DNA of 64,000 nt from Mustelus asterias (GCF_964213995.1 NW_027590136.1:1178001-1242000); one strand, 5' to 3'; counted from the stretch's first letter, positions 49,758 to 64,000 are shown. Translations and numbers: made by a program. Notes: a model not told the origin generated them from the letters alone.

Positions 49758-50749
49758 AAGAATGATTTTTCTCATTATCCATTGGAGATATTGTCAAGTG
49801 ATTGAAGTTGGAATCACTGTAGCCAGCAATCTGTACATTTGATCCAGCTATCAGATTTTTGTCCCAATCGGAATGGAAATGGGTCAATTTTTCTGCCCTC
49901 TAATTCTTCTGACAGACATTGTCAATGTTTAATCTTCCATAATGGATGCTGTTAAAGATATTTTAATATTTTCAATTTAGTTGCCTCAATTTCACACAAT
50001 GATTCTTTAAAGTTTGAAAACACAATTTTGTAGGCACATATTTTATGTTTTATATCTTAACAGCCTTGATTCACATTGTGTCCTTGCTGGGTCAGAAATG
50101 AGGGATAAACAAACTACCCAATTTTGCAGCTCTTTGTCTATAATTCTATAAGTTACTGTGAAACCGAGAAAGCAAATTAGTTGCAATCAAAACTTGCACC
50201 CAATTACCTCAACAAATTTCACAAGCATTTATCAGGGAATGTTTCACTGTTTATTCCGCAGAAACAGGTGGACGGTTCCCTAACACACAATAAATACAGA
50301 GCCAAAATGGTACTTCAATTATTCCTGACTTTGTTAACATCCAGAAGGGATACGATGGTTCAAGTGATTATGTTCCAAATGGCAATATGCTTCTGTTTTA
50401 CAAACTAAATTTCACACAGATACTGAGAATCATGTGCATAAACATGCGTTCACATTTGTGCATCTCATATTCAGACACACTCTCTGTCGTATTCATGCTG
50501 TCGTACACAGACCTGCACACACATATACACACACATGCACACAAACAGAGTGACAGAAACAGAAGGAACACAGAATATCTTACTAATGCACACGCATTTT
50601 CGCAAAGACTATCACACAGACGCATACACTCACATCGGCCCTCACACACAGGCAGACACACCGACAGACAAAGACTCCCTGCTCAACACATACTCTCTCT
50701 CTCTGTCTCTCTCTCTCTCTCTCTCTTTCTTGCCCCTTTCCTATAACAC

Positions 50750-52200
50750 TTCAAACCCATTCTAATTAAAAATCTGTACACCTCTTCCTTTAATTTGCTC
50801 GAAGCCGAATGGGTAATGAATTGCATGGACTCACGACCATTTGAGAGAAGCAAATGCTCCTCATCTCTGCAGTAAACCATCATCTAAAACTAGGATCTCT
50901 TGTTCCTCATTGCCCCCTAAAAGAGGAAACATGCTTTGCACGTCTACTTTGACAATCTCTCTGATCATATTGATTACCTCAATTAGATCGCCCTTCATTC
51001 TTCTAAACTGGAAGGTGCATAGGCCTAAACTGACAAATCTCTTCGTAGGTCAAACCCCTCATCTCTGGAATCAAACGTGTGAACCTTCTCTGAAGTGCAT
51101 CCAATGCAATTGCATCCATCGTCATAAACGGGACCAAAACTGTGCACAACATGCTAAGTCCCGTCTCACTAATGCATTGTATAGGAGCAGCACCACATTG
51201 CTATTTTTATATTCTATTCCATTAAACTAAATGCCAAGACTCTATTTGCCCTCATTGATAGCTGCTGTACGTGCATATTAGTTTTCTGTGAATCATATGC
51301 ACGAACACCCAGAACCCGCTGCACCAAAACACTCCGAAGTATCTCTCCAATGAGATAATAATTTGCCTTTGTATATTTTTCCTACCAAGATGGATAACCT
51401 CACATTCATCCATGTTAAACTCCATTTGCCAAATTTTGCCACATTAATTTACCCTAAACCTATTCAATTTTTAGTTTCTTATTTAACTGTTACACCTTAG
51501 ACTCCCACCGACCTTTCTGTCATCCGTAAATTGACGATGATATCGACAATGCGTGCATCAAATTAATTAACATGGTTCGTAAAGAAATGAAGCTGGAGGA
51601 CTGATCCCTGTGGCATCCTACTCGATACATCTCGACAACACACAAATAACCCATTTAGACCGAATCTCTGCTTCATGTTGGTTAATCTATCCTCTATCCA
51701 AGCTTATAAATCATCCCGAATATCACGTTAAGTAAACATGTGTATTATCATTTTGCATGGCACGTTACAAATACATTTTGGACTTCAGGTCTACATCTAC
51801 AGGACCTGCATTACCCATTTTACTATTTGCATCTTCGAAGATCTCAAGCAAAATACGGTTTACGTTTCATAACACCGTGCTGGGGCTGGTGAATTGCATT
51901 TTCACTTCCTACACATCCTGCTATTACTTCCTTTAAAATTGATTCGAACAATTTCCCAATGATGGATGTTAAACAAATAGATTCCAACTTTTGCTTCCCC
52001 CCTTTTTGAATAAGGATGTTACATTAACATTTTTGATATTCACTGGAACCACATCCACATCCAGTAAATTTGAGAATATTGTAGCAAATGGATGCACTCT
52101 CTCCAACGCCATACAATTTAAGGTCATTGACACGAAGGCAGCCAGGCTCTGGGGGCTTGCCTGCCGTCAAGCACAATCGCTCAGTGCATTTTCTCTCGTG
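50750..52200 (-). mobile_element. Highly diverged CR1-type LINE
   Basis: gaccaaaactgtgcacaac and ggactgatccctgtggc are reverse complements of QFWS and PQGSVL coding sequence. Confidence 0.65.
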
Positions 52201-53674
52201 ACGATGATATAACTTCTTCCCTTTCTATTTTCTCTGCTGCAGCTGGACGAGAACATAAATGAGATCACGCATAGATTATTCTGCAAAGTTTTTTTTCTCA
52301 ATATGTGCGAATAAATATACATGCTTTGGTTCGGGTTCAGCTAACTTTCACTCTCTTGATCCTCATTTGGGCAAAACGGGTACTCTTACGAAGAACGTTG
52401 AGTAGTATGTGCCTGTACTCAGTAGAGTTAGGAGTAATGCGAGGTGCTCTTATTGGACATTGTGAGATTAGGAGGAGGTAAGAAGGGTCCGCTTCTGAGA
52501 GGAAGCTCTCCTGCAACAACTCTTCGCTGCACATGTTCGTTGGGGAAATCTGGAATTAGGGGCACTTTCTAACTATTAATGGAGTGATTCTCTGGGCATG
52601 CTCGTCTCAAAATCCAGAGAATCCAGCCAGAGGTCAATGGACCGTTACATGGCCCACCCCCCACCCGCTACAATTCCCCTGGCGAGCGGGATGGGAGAAT
52701 TCTGGCCATGATGTTTCCATTCAATACTGCGATGAGAGGTACGTTTTTTTCCGTCAGAAGTCCTATGGTCCTTATAATGTTCTTCCTCAAAGAGCAGCCA
52801 ATGCTGTGTCACTGGATGAATCAAATGCTGAGTTAGACAATTGTTTGAACTACAGGGAATTCAAGTGTTGTGGGGAACACATGGCAACGTGTAGTTCACA
52901 CCAAGATTGAAACACCCATGAACTTATTGAATGATAGAGGTGTCTACAATAGCCAAGTGGTTGACGTTGGCTCTTATTTATGTCCATTTGATCCGAATAG
53001 CACTTTTCGCTCACCCTAATTTCCTTCCATTGTTGGTAATGTCCAAAGGCCTTCAATAAGAATGTTTCTGTTCTGGCTAATTTATAAGATTTCTCAATGT
53101 TTCACAAACCTCGACTCTTCATACTTTTCTTGCAACTTCTAGGATCGTTTCCTTCCACCGGCCCACCCCGCCCCACCCCTTTCCCTGCCCCACCGATCTC
53201 CACAATTTGAACAGTTGAAATTTTGTTGATTTCCTTTAGTCTGTTTGTGGTTGGATTTCACATCCTATTACCAGTTCCTCGAACTTCTCTTGCTCGTTTT
53301 ACACGTCACCTCTCCAAACTCATTCGTCAGTTCAGTATTTTTTAAATTTCCTCTCACCTAATATCGCGAGACCAGTGTTTACCCGTAAGTCCTGTCTATC
53401 GCGATATACTTCAGTCAAAATTTGTTATAGATGCCTAACTGTAAGGATGGCTGTCAGCATTTATTTTCCCCAGGAAGTGGTGATGGAAATCCTGCTGCAG
53501 CAGCTTCCCATAGTTGCATTGTATTTCGAGTACAGCCAAAGAGCAAATGCTATGGGAAAGTTGATTAACCGCTTGTTTGACTCTCGCTGGAAAACTGAAT
53601 GCATCACTTTATCTTCAACAAATTGCTGGCCAATGATCTTCCATCATTCTAAGTCCCTTCACCTTGCTTCATTA

Positions 53675-53920
53675 GGGAATCCTGACAGTGCAGAAGGAGG
53701 CTATTCGGCCTATCGACACTGCACTGACTCTACGAACAGCCCATTCCCCACACACCCCATGCTAACCCATCTAGCTTACAGATCTTTGAAGTGTGGGAGG
53801 AAACCAGAGCACCCGGACGAAACCAATGAAGAAATGGAGAATGCGTAAACTCCACATAGAGAGACACCGAGGCCGAAATTGAACCCGGCTCACTGCCGCT
53901 GAGCCAGCTGTGTTAACCAC
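53675..53920 (-). mobile_element. Diverged SINE
   Basis: acagtgcagaaggagg and gtgggaggaaaccagagcacccgg blocks. Confidence 0.75.
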
Positions 53921-56194
53921 TCTGATCTCGAGGGTAAGATCATCAAACTGTAGAAGTTTTGTTTTGCCTTCATCCCCTGGATTGCACTCACATTGTACAA
54001 TTTTCTAATAAATTATCTGAAAGTGTGTTGGAGGTTCACGAAGGTCTGATGGCGCCATGTATAATAGAACTGCGGCCGAGACAGACGGTACTGTGTCCAG
54101 TCCAATCGCAGAACTTCATCCCCAACAGGCGGTAAGAACAGGCCATACTGCTGGCCAGCCACACTTGATGCATAAGAGCGCATTACTTGTGTTAGTAGAT
54201 GCGACAGACGAGTGGCGAATCTTCTGGTAGCAGCTGTCAGTGCAATGGGAACAAAAGCATTCTCTCCGGACGGAGTGTAGAAGGAAGTACTTCGCCTTGG
54301 ACAATGGATTCTTGCTAGTATAAAACTTCTCTCAGAAATAAATGTTTCCTCCATTTTGTTTTGGTCTGCCATCTGTTTTGGTTTCCAGTGTTCCACTGTT
54401 ATCAATCATGTCTCTTAGCGCCGCCAATACCTTTTATTTTTTATGTTATTTCGGTAGGTTTGACCCAAGAACTACAAAGATGAAATGATCACGCTCAGAG
54501 GCTTCAGTAACTCACTGAAATGTTTGCTTCTCTTTTGCATTACCGTCCACTCCACTTTTTCTTAACATAACGATGCAATAATGTAATGTTTAGTTACATA
54601 CAACCACACACAAGTGGTTAACTCAGTGTTCATTGACAATAATTCATTGGAATTTTTGTTTGGGTTTCAATGACAATGACTGAAACATGTTTGCTTTGCC
54701 GAAATTCATGTTCTGATTAATAACTAGCCACTGCTCTTTACTGATGACGCAGTCTGGTGTCATTAGCAACGAATTGTTTCACGTAAATAACTCACCTTTG
54801 ATAAGGTTGGACGAAAATAATAATTCCCAAAGGCCCTGCTACGGAATGCTCAAAGAGCGTCAGAAGTTGATACAAGCCCAAGAATTCTTCCAACATTGAT
54901 GAGCAACTGTGCACGTCTGAACCATGGACTGTTTTTATTTTCTTTCTGCGCGTTCACATCTCCTATACAAGGCAGACAGACAGATCAATAGTCTCTCCTT
55001 TATAGAAACGACCGAGTTTGATATATCACTGACTCCATTTGTGACTATCAAACCAAATAATACAAGCTTCACAGTTCCAACATAAATACCAATCCAGATA
55101 TATCAGTGGTCTCATTTATACATTTTCACTTCATCTTTCAATGAATCTGGCAGTCGCTGACTCGACCAAAGTTAACTGGCCACAGTTTAGTGCCCTTCAA
55201 AAGGGTATAATGAGTTGCCTTCTTAAACCGCGGCAGTCCATGTGGTGTGGGTACACTTGCAGTGTTGTTCGGAGGTGAGTTCCTGAATTTTAACTGAGCA
55301 GCAGTGAAGGAACATCCGATATATTTTCAAGTTTAAATTGAGTGTAGCATGGATGGGAAATTCGAAGTGGTGCTGTACCCTTGCAACTGCTGAACGCCTC
55401 AGACATCGACTTCAGCAAGCAGTGGATCTCCTTTTTCATTCATGGTTTCTGCTTGGAAACACGCAGATTTGCTTTTTTGGCACAATGACTTCTGTACGCT
55501 TACTAAGGAAGTAAGTTAATGTAATGGCATACTCGTTCAGTCTGTTCGCAGAGTTTTTAAAGTACTGAGCAGTCCACTGGCTCTATGCAATCCCGTCGGA
55601 GATCATCCGATTCCTCAGCCCAACAATGCACGACTTTTTTTGACGGATTCTTCTGCTTCAGTTTTTTTTCTTGCAACCCGGGTGCAGGAGCCGTGTGGTC
55701 TGATTTTCCAAAGTGTGGGCGAGCGACAGAGCGGTAGGCATGTTTGATACTTGTGTAGCCGTGGTTTAGGACATTTGGTCTTTGCTGGAACAGCAGACTT
55801 GTTGCTGGTAACTTGATAATACGCCCTTGAGCTTGGCCAGATTGAGGTGAGCATCTCATCTTAATTGACCGATTGAATGTGTAGGCGTGAATTAGATAGT
55901 TTGCATTGTGTTGATCCTTAAGTAATTATCATTTTGCTTACCTTAATAACACAACAGTGCAGATGTGAATCCGTCGCGTGTAGTTGGACATCAATCTTTG
56001 GAGACAGCTTCAGTTCCCATTGCAAAACTTATTATGTGTTCAAGTCCCAAAACATACCGTGGAGCCTCATTGAGGACACAAAAAGACAGATCAGTGTTGG
56101 GAACCACTTTTTCCCACGTGAATAGCAAAACACCCAGTGGCCACTGGAATTGCTGGAAATGTCATAGGACGGAGCCAGAACAGATAAGACATTC

Positions 56195-56492
56195 TCTTTT
56201 CCATCTTCTTCTGTCGGGAAAAAAGATACAAAAGTCTGAGGTCACGTACCAACCGACTCAAGAACAGCTTCTTCCTTGCTGCTGTCAGACTTTTGAATGT
56301 ACTTACCTTGCATTAAGTCGATCTTTCTCTGCACCCTAGCTATGACTGGAACACTGGATTTTGCACTCTCTCGTTTCCTTCTCTACGAAAGATATGTTTT
56401 GTCTGGTTAGTACGCAAGAAACAATACTTTTCACTCTATGTTAATACATGTGACAATAAGCAATCAAATCAAATCTTATCAAATCAAATCAA
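56195..56492 (+). mobile_element. LINE 3' end (L2/Rex-like) with an (aatca)n tail
   Basis: cattctctttt..ctcaagaacagcttcttcc..aatacatgtgacaataa(aatca)n. Confidence 0.6.
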
Positions 56493-56641
56493 CATGATTC
56501 TGGACAGATACATGAATTCACATATTGGGTCAGCATCGCAAAGGTAATAACAATTTTACTGTGAGGCTTAATGTGAAACATTGACGAGAAGAGCAACTGA
56601 TGAATAGAGGTGAGATTTATCTTTTTGTATTGCTGTTTGTT

Positions 56642-57550
56642 TTACCTTTGAAAGAATTTAAATATCAGAATGAATGGACATTTCACGCCATCTTTTAACT
56701 CCTCCCTGAATTTACTCTGGGTACCTGCAAAAATAAATGGGTTGACAAGAAACTTAACTGCTGAAGCATATATCCTGCTTCTTCAAGAATTAAATTTGAT
56801 CCACTGGAATTTGAACCTGAAGAATATGAAATCCTCGAAACTTGTACATAAAGGAAAGTTATAAGAACCAACACATATGAGAGCATGAAACTGCCCGAGA
56901 CGCAGAAAAGTAACACAATGGATTGTCTCCTCTTCTCCATCTCTGGGTCACTTCGATTCTCTGCATTGCTCTTGCCTCTGAGTCTCTTGCGGGCTCTACT
57001 TGCCGCTAGGATGTGTCTGACGGTCAGTACATTCAGCAACAGAATAAGGAAAAATGGGAAACATGTGGTTAAAACCACCATTAGGCAGTCAAATGCGATC
57101 CATGCAGCTGATGTATAAAATATTGCTTTGGTGCTGCGGAACCAAGGTACACCATCGATAATAATGGAAGGCTCACATGTAAAGTATAGGGGGATTTTTC
57201 TCGCAAAGCTGAAAACACAGACAGTTCCTAGAACCACAGCCGCTGTTTTCTCCGTCCAATATTTGGCTTTCAGTTTCTGACAACAAATAGCTATAAATCT
57301 ATCAAGAGTGAAAGCGACCGTCACCCAGACAGACGAGTCTCTAACACCATAAATGAGCAGAAAACTGACACTGATAACCGGAGTGATGGACAAGAAACCG
57401 AATGAGAAATAGGTACCTAAAATCTGATTTAATATCACGCTCGTGATCATCACCAGGCGATCAGTCACGCCATTGACATCAGATAGTAGGTCATGCATTT
57501 GGAGAGACCGCATCTTCCTCTAGAAAAGATGAGAATCACTGCCAGATTCG
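56642..57550 (-). pseudogene. GPR139-like GPCR pseudogene (main coding exon)
   Basis: Acceptor ccatgtcacag| then NLAVILIFSRGRCGLSKCMTYYLMSMA, frameshift, TDRLV..SVWVTVAFTLDRFIAICCQKLK..DPEMEKRRQSIVLLF..GYMLQ, frameshift, NPFIFAGTQSKFREELK..*. Confidence 0.85.
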
Positions 57551-59449
57551 CTGTGACATGGAAGAGATAGAGAATGGATTAGGATAGAAATCAACATGGG
57601 TCGGATATTGTTGGACATCTTCACAACTGGGTCAGTGTCAAGAACGAACAGAGTTAACATAACATTAATACGCTATTTTCCCACTGGAGAAAATAAAACA
57701 ACCTTCTAATATACAGCAATTGCTCAATACTATAATGTTCTGCTCGGACGGCTGCTGGTTCTGTCTTATTCTAAATATTGAGTTCTCCACTGTGGGACTC
57801 AATTAGAGGAGGTATAATCATTTTTGCTCCCTAAGTTAACATGTAGAGAAGATTTGCCGTGAAATGATGCATATGCGATTTGAAAGAGTCGTATCTGAAA
57901 TTAATTTCAATTACTTCCGCAGTGACAGCATGTTATGCAAAAATGCAATGACTTATGCAGTCTAGAGCAGGTTGCGATAGGGCTCACATATTTATAATGT
58001 GACTCCTAATTGACAATTATTGCATGTCAGCTCCGTTCAAATTCAGAGTCCACAATATTTTTGCAAATCGTGGTACATTGATGGAGAACATAACAATGGT
58101 GGCAACATAACTGCTGAATATTGGACTCAAGAATATAGAAGCCTCAACCATTCAGTCAGCAGAAGAGCGACTGTTGTGCAAATTAAATAGCAATCAACTA
58201 TTAAGGAGAAATGTGTAAATGATCAGGTAGCTTTTAAAACTTTTGCACAGCCGTGCATAGCCGTAAATTGCACCTGATTCTACGTAATTGGCATTGTTTT
58301 CCTCAGAGGAGCGTTAAAATTTCAGCAAGTTAAACTATTACAAGCATACATAATGAACTATGTGCGCTCAAATAGATCAACCAGCAGGTCTAGTTTGTCT
58401 AGTTGGTAGATTAGTAAGTGAACATCCACAAACACGCTGTTGTTGTTTGCTGTCCCTGCCGGACATAATGGAAGCTTAAAAAACTGCAAAAAGGTGAAAT
58501 TTATACATGACAGCAGTCTCCTGGGAGAAAATTAGGTGGTTTACTTTTAAGATGATTATTTTTGTAACAAACGCATTAGTACAGCACCTGCTGGGCTGGT
58601 GTTTATTGTTTTTCATTGAATGTAATGTTTATTTTTCATGGAACCTGATACAGATCTAAAGTATTATGAACAGAATGACCCTGACAAAACTTAATTGTGA
58701 AAATGATAAGGATTTGTGTGATGAACTTCGGCCAAATCAGCCAACCTCTCTCTTGACTCCACTCCAGAATCGTGTCAATTATTTATGCGAGCCAGTTTGA
58801 TCATTAACCAAGTTGTTTTCCAATCACTCTGAAATTACACATCTGCTTTATTGCAACTGCGTGCATGCTCAATGTGGACACGTTCAGTTAAGTACTGTTG
58901 TATTCGGTGTGGATACGCCAGGTTGAACATAATTAGATTCCGTGCACAGATCAATGCTGTTGTACTAAGTTTGGACAGGCCTAGTTCACCAGGAACATGA
59001 CTACCTCAGTGCAGTTGCATTCAGATATTTATTGTTCGGTATGTGTAAATGCAATGTAAAATAAATTTGTTGATAAAACATGGTGACATTCTGAGGGCAC
59101 AATTTCAGATATGCGTAGTTCAGTTCACGATATCTGTCATTCACTCAAAGCCCTATAGTATGAGGGTCAGTATATCACCATTGCTTCAGTCACTTCCACT
59201 CTTACACTTTACATCTGGTAATCGCGTCTGCAGTAACGCCTCCGTACCTGGGTATTTAATCTCGGTTTCAGCTGTATCAGAGGTAGATGATAAACATTAC
59301 ATTAAACAGGAAACATACAACGCACCCATTAGATTGACGTCATTGTCCCTACATGTGGGCGAAGTGGCAGACAAGCTGCTTAATTTTCTGTTGTCTGGTC
59401 CTCATTTTCAGGCCACGTTGTTGGCCAGCAGAGGGCCACTTTTTAAATG

Positions 59450-60370
59450 TTATTATTAATTTCCGGGATGGGGACTCGCCCATCCCAGTTGCCCTTGAAA
59501 AAGCATTGGTGAGCTTCTGTCTTTAATCGCAGTAATCAGTCAGGTGTAGGCACACCCCCACAGTACTGTTAGGGAGAGAATTCCAGGGCTTTGCCACAGC
59601 GGCAGTGAAAGAGCGGCGATATATTTCCAAATCAGGATGGTAAGCGACTTGCAGGGGAACCTCCAAGTGGTGGTGTTCCCACCAGCATCTGCTGGCCTTA
59701 TCCATCTAGATGTTCGTGGGTTTGGAATGTGCTGCAGAAGGGATATTGGTTTGTTCCTGTAGTGCATCTTGTGGATTGTGTATACAGTTGTCACTGTGGA
59801 CCGTGTTTGAACGATTGAATATTTGTGGAAGGGGTAGAAATCAAACGACTCATTTATCCTCGATGGTTTCAAGCGTTTTGCATGCTGTTGGGATGCAATC
59901 ATTCAGTCAGTTGGAGATAATTGCATTATACAACTGACTTATGTCTGGTGGACAGGTTTTGTAGAGTCAGGGGGTGAGTTATTGGCCTTTCGTCTGCTCT
60001 CGTAACCATAATATTTAAATGGATAGTCCAGTTGATTTTCTGATCAATGGTAACGCCGAGGATGTTAACAGTGGTGGACTCAGCGATTTGTATTGCATTC
60101 AATGCCAAAGGACGGTGGTTATGTTCCCTTTTGTTGGAGATGTTCTTTGTCTTGCACTTGTATGGTGTCAGTGTGCCGTGTGAATTGTCAGCTCAGCCCT
60201 GAATATTGACTAGGTCTTGCTGCATTTGCACATTGCCTGCTCCAATATCTGAAGAGTCGTAAATTATGCTGAACATTATGAAATTATCAAGGAACATTCC
60301 CACTTCTGAAATAGATATGGAAAACAGGTCTTTGATCAAGCAGCTGAAGGCAGTTGGACCTAGGCACGGT
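59450..60370 (-). mobile_element. Old CR1/L2-type LINE
   Basis: Same family as 39780-40740 (TVNILGVTIDQK, cccatcccagttgcccttga tail). Confidence 0.7.
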
Positions 60371-62481
60371 AATTATTCTCATTTTATTACACAACCTGTC
60401 TATTAATAATCCAACAGCTGAGGGTCATTGGAAAAAAGACGGTGTCACCTTTTGCCCCAGGCTAATACATTACCAGAGCTCGAGGGAGGGAGGGCTTTCA
60501 GAGGTGTAGTGTACAAATAGACATGGCCTTGCACTGGAATGTAGTGAAAAATTATTCAATTGCCTGCCGGTACATCTGGTGAGTCCTCGGCTCGTGAAGC
60601 TTAACATGACAAAAGGCGACACCACAAGTATTGTGAGCCCTGGACTTTAAACTGATCTTCAGCATCTTTCCTGCACCTTAGTTCTTGAGTTCAGTTTGAG
60701 CAATTTAAAAATGAATCTAAATATTCCTTAACAGTGGGAAATACAACTATTTTTCGAATGCATGACTGCTGCTGATCAATGTTGCCACTTTAATGTTATT
60801 TCCTTTTCTATAGCAAAAAAGCAAACACATTTTTCCTCCTACTTCTTTCTTAACGTTTCACCCTTGTTGGTCATTGGCAGTCAATCAGCACTAATTAGGT
60901 ATTTCAAGCCTGATAGATCAAAAGTAAGAGCAATAATGCTTTGCAGTTACTTAGAGTTTAAGGGATCTGCAAATTTAAACTTTAATGAATAAAAATACTT
61001 CACTTCACAATTGCCGTTTCCTATGACTTTTATTCCCTATGACTGTAGTTAATTCGTTATTTATTAGGTTATTAATTATAGCTTTTGGACTCTACTTTAG
61101 TTTGGAAGTTGAAAAGATGTTGCCCTGAATTATGTCCGGACAGGCCTGCTGAGCTGAAGTGAAATTCTTCCTCCACCCATTGCCAGAGCAGTTTTGTTTT
61201 TAAGGACGAATTTTGTTGGCACTGTGCCGCTAATCAATGAGGCCAGTTGGTTGTCTGCTAGTGCATGGATAAGAAGGCATGCACTGGTGGGCACCAGTTA
61301 TCATCTTACGTTAACCTTTTGAGTTGTCAGCAGAGAGAGTGTTTGTTTGCTTCCCTTTTATGTTAATTCTCAATTTGTCCTCTTTCCCTATTCTACCAGC
61401 CTAACTTTCTTATTTGCTTCCACTCCGAACTTATTGCATTGGGCCTCCTCCTCACTTGAATAATCCCTCTGACATACAACATGTATACACATAATTTTTT
61501 TGTTTCATTATTTTCTCTCTTTAACGCGTCATCCGGACAGACATGCCCTTGTTTTGCTTAACTTTCAGACTTGCTGCAATGGATCTATCATCTTCTGATA
61601 TGTTTCCCTTAATGGTGACTTCTGATCAGTCACATTTTTTTGTCATAAAACATTGGTTGCACTTTTGCATGACCTCAGCACACTTCTCACATTTAATTCA
61701 TTCATCTGCCGATTTGGATGTCCAACATCATAGTGATTGTCTCTTGACTAATGTAAATCTTATCATAGGGTGATATCCTTGATCAAAAGTTCAAGCGAGA
61801 TACTTGGTTCACTTAGATCACGCGATTCCCAAGTAGCAGATTCATATGGCATTCGACTGGTCAAGGACATTTCCATGAGCAGGATGCATGAATTATTCGC
61901 TTTCCTTACCATTTGTTTTGATATTGCTGCCAGCGACTTTCGGGTCATTAGCAGCATTTGATATCATTCCAGTTTAGTTATTGCATCATATTTACCACAA
62001 CATGTCCCTTGCAAGCTTATCTCTATGATTTCCTGGCAGGTTGGAACCCCCCCTCTATGTCCAAAACACACACGCATTTTCTCTGCCTGTCCCCTTTTTA
62101 ATCTCTTTCTCGGCTTCTCTCACACCCACTCTCTATCACCTTAACATGTAGAATAGCCTTAGGAGCGGGACAGTAACCAATTTATTTTTCAACTAAAGTC
62201 AAATAGATTTTTTCTTGTCGCCCAACAACATCATTTATTTCCAAATGTGCAACGACTCTCAAAAAAGTAAGGAGACCGCCATTCCTCCTGTGCTTTCTAT
62301 CTATTCCTATGCACAATTGTCGTGGTGGAATCACAAGCGCCCATTCCTCAGAACAATTCAGCCATGTTGAAATTATGTGGCTGTGGCATGACTGTGATGA
62401 AACTCATCAAGATTATTCATGGATTCTGTGCTGTGGCAGATATGCACTGAAATCCATTTTTCCATTCCTCTTACTTCTTAG

Positions 62482-62800
62482 AGCGGCACGTTGGCACAGT
62501 GCTTAGCACTGCTGCCGTCCGACACCAGGTAAATGCAGTTCAATTCTGGCCTTGGGTCTCTATCTGTGTGGGGTTTGTACGATCTCCCCCTGTCTGCATG
62601 GGTTTCCGCCAGATGCTCCGGTTTCCTCTCGCACTCTAAAGATGAGCAGGTTATGTTAATTGGCCGTGTTAGCTTTCCCACAGTGTTAGGCAGATTAGCA
62701 GGGAAGATGCGTGGGTTAGAATCTGTGTGAGATTTTTATTGGTGCATGCTCAATGGGCCGAACGGCCTCCTTCTGCACTGCATGTATTCTATGATTATAT
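62482..62800 (+). mobile_element. Diverged SINE
   Basis: gcggcacgttggcacagtgcttagcactgctgcc head and ttctatgatt tail. Confidence 0.8.
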
Positions 62801-63629
62801 GATTTTTGTTTCTGTTTCCAATCTAATATGGTATTATTTCTTGCTCTCGTCCAATAAAACGCTATCACTTCATAGTAGTCTTTATTCGGGTGTACTTGTA
62901 TGTGCAGGTGTTCATACCTTGCATATTTAATTCACACCATTCCAAAAGAAGGCAACGAACCATCCCTGGGTACAGGTCCATTGATACCGGCGTCTCCTAC
63001 CTTGGCATTCGTCGCCATGCCACAATAATCGGAAGCCGCACCTCCTTCACCATTCCTGAGGTCATTCAAATAACCTCAATTTGTTGTTTTTTTCATTCCT
63101 GCTATTTCGTGGCACTGGCCGCAGTATGTCTTCATATGCACATTTACTTCCTCATTCTAAAAATCAATTGCGCCCAATGAAAATGTATTCCACTGCCAAG
63201 TCGAATAGATCTGTAGGTTCAAATTATTTTATTCAGATTTTCAAACTTAAGTTTTTATTTATGTTGTGGGATTTTTACATACCCGGAAGAAACAGCATTT
63301 CCTCCACACCCAACTCAACATCTTCCTCGCATTTGTAGGAAGGAGATGGCGATGTCGTAAAATGTCAAGACAGTGCGATTCAGTTTCAGCATTTGGCCCA
63401 CACCGGAAATATTCAGATATCTTTGTAATATTGTTAATATTGTTCTCGTTCACAACTTGCTTCATGGAAGCAGCGTGCAAATGATTTGGGTAAGAGTTTC
63501 AGTTGTCCACGGCACCACGTGGTGGTTCTTTACTCAACGTCATTGTTCAATGTTTTGTTGGAATTGGGGTGGGAGCTACTCTGTGTCTGAAGTGAACCAT
63601 TGGTGCCAGGGTCCTTTGCAACGAAAGGA

Positions 63630-63905
63630 GGAAAACAGAATCACGGAATCTCAACCTGCACCAACAATAATCCACATACTTACCCAGCTAATCTTGCGAA
63701 AAATGAGGGGACATTTATTATGGACAATAAACCTAAGGTGCACATCTTTGGTTTGTGGGATGGAACCGGAGCACGCAGGGGGAACTCGCGCAGACACGGG
63801 AAAAATGTACGAACTCCAATCAGACAATGACCCGAGGCTGGAATTGAACACGGGTCCGGAGCGCTCTGAGGCAGCAATGCTAAGCACTGTCCACCATGCC
63901 GCCCA
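63630..63905 (-). mobile_element. Diverged SINE
   Basis: Reverse complement head gggcggcatggtggacagtgcttagcattgctgcctc. Confidence 0.75.
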
Positions 63906-64000
63906 CACTATGTCACCATGCCCACGGTATATAAGTGTAACGAATGACGAAAACATAAGTAGAAATAGATTGATTGAGAAACAGGGAGATTTTGTGTGAG

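Noticed and set aside
58985-59040. Candidate first exon of the GPR139-like gene
   Set aside because: The donor is weak and no convincing TM1 reading frame is present.
63373-63999. 208-aa plus-strand ORF
   Set aside because: It runs through an antisense SINE and shows no recognisable domain.

Overview
This is cartilaginous-fish (shark-like) genomic DNA, rich in repeats. The first 16 kb holds the constant half of an IgM heavy-chain cluster on the + strand: CH1-CH4, secretory tail, TM1 and TM2, all with open frames and GT-AG splice sites. No V, D or J segment is visible, so these presumably lie upstream of the window. The presumed J-C intron carries long CA/CT and CACT low-complexity tracts, an intron-containing tRNA-Pro(TGG) abutting a SINE, and an ~800-bp G-rich 20-bp tandem repeat that resembles a switch region. 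A CTCF-like motif lies just past the membrane-form poly(A) signals. Further downstream are an intact single-exon P2Y/LPAR-like class A GPCR with non-canonical motifs, its pseudogene paralog, and a GPR139-like pseudogene. The rest is CR1-type LINEs, tRNA-derived SINEs and Penelope-like elements with minimal hammerhead ribozymes. Two separate Penelope insertions sit at the same position in CR1 ORF2. There is a 142-N gap at 31831-31972. Repeat boundaries are approximate and were read by eye; family names come from recalled motifs, not database searches.
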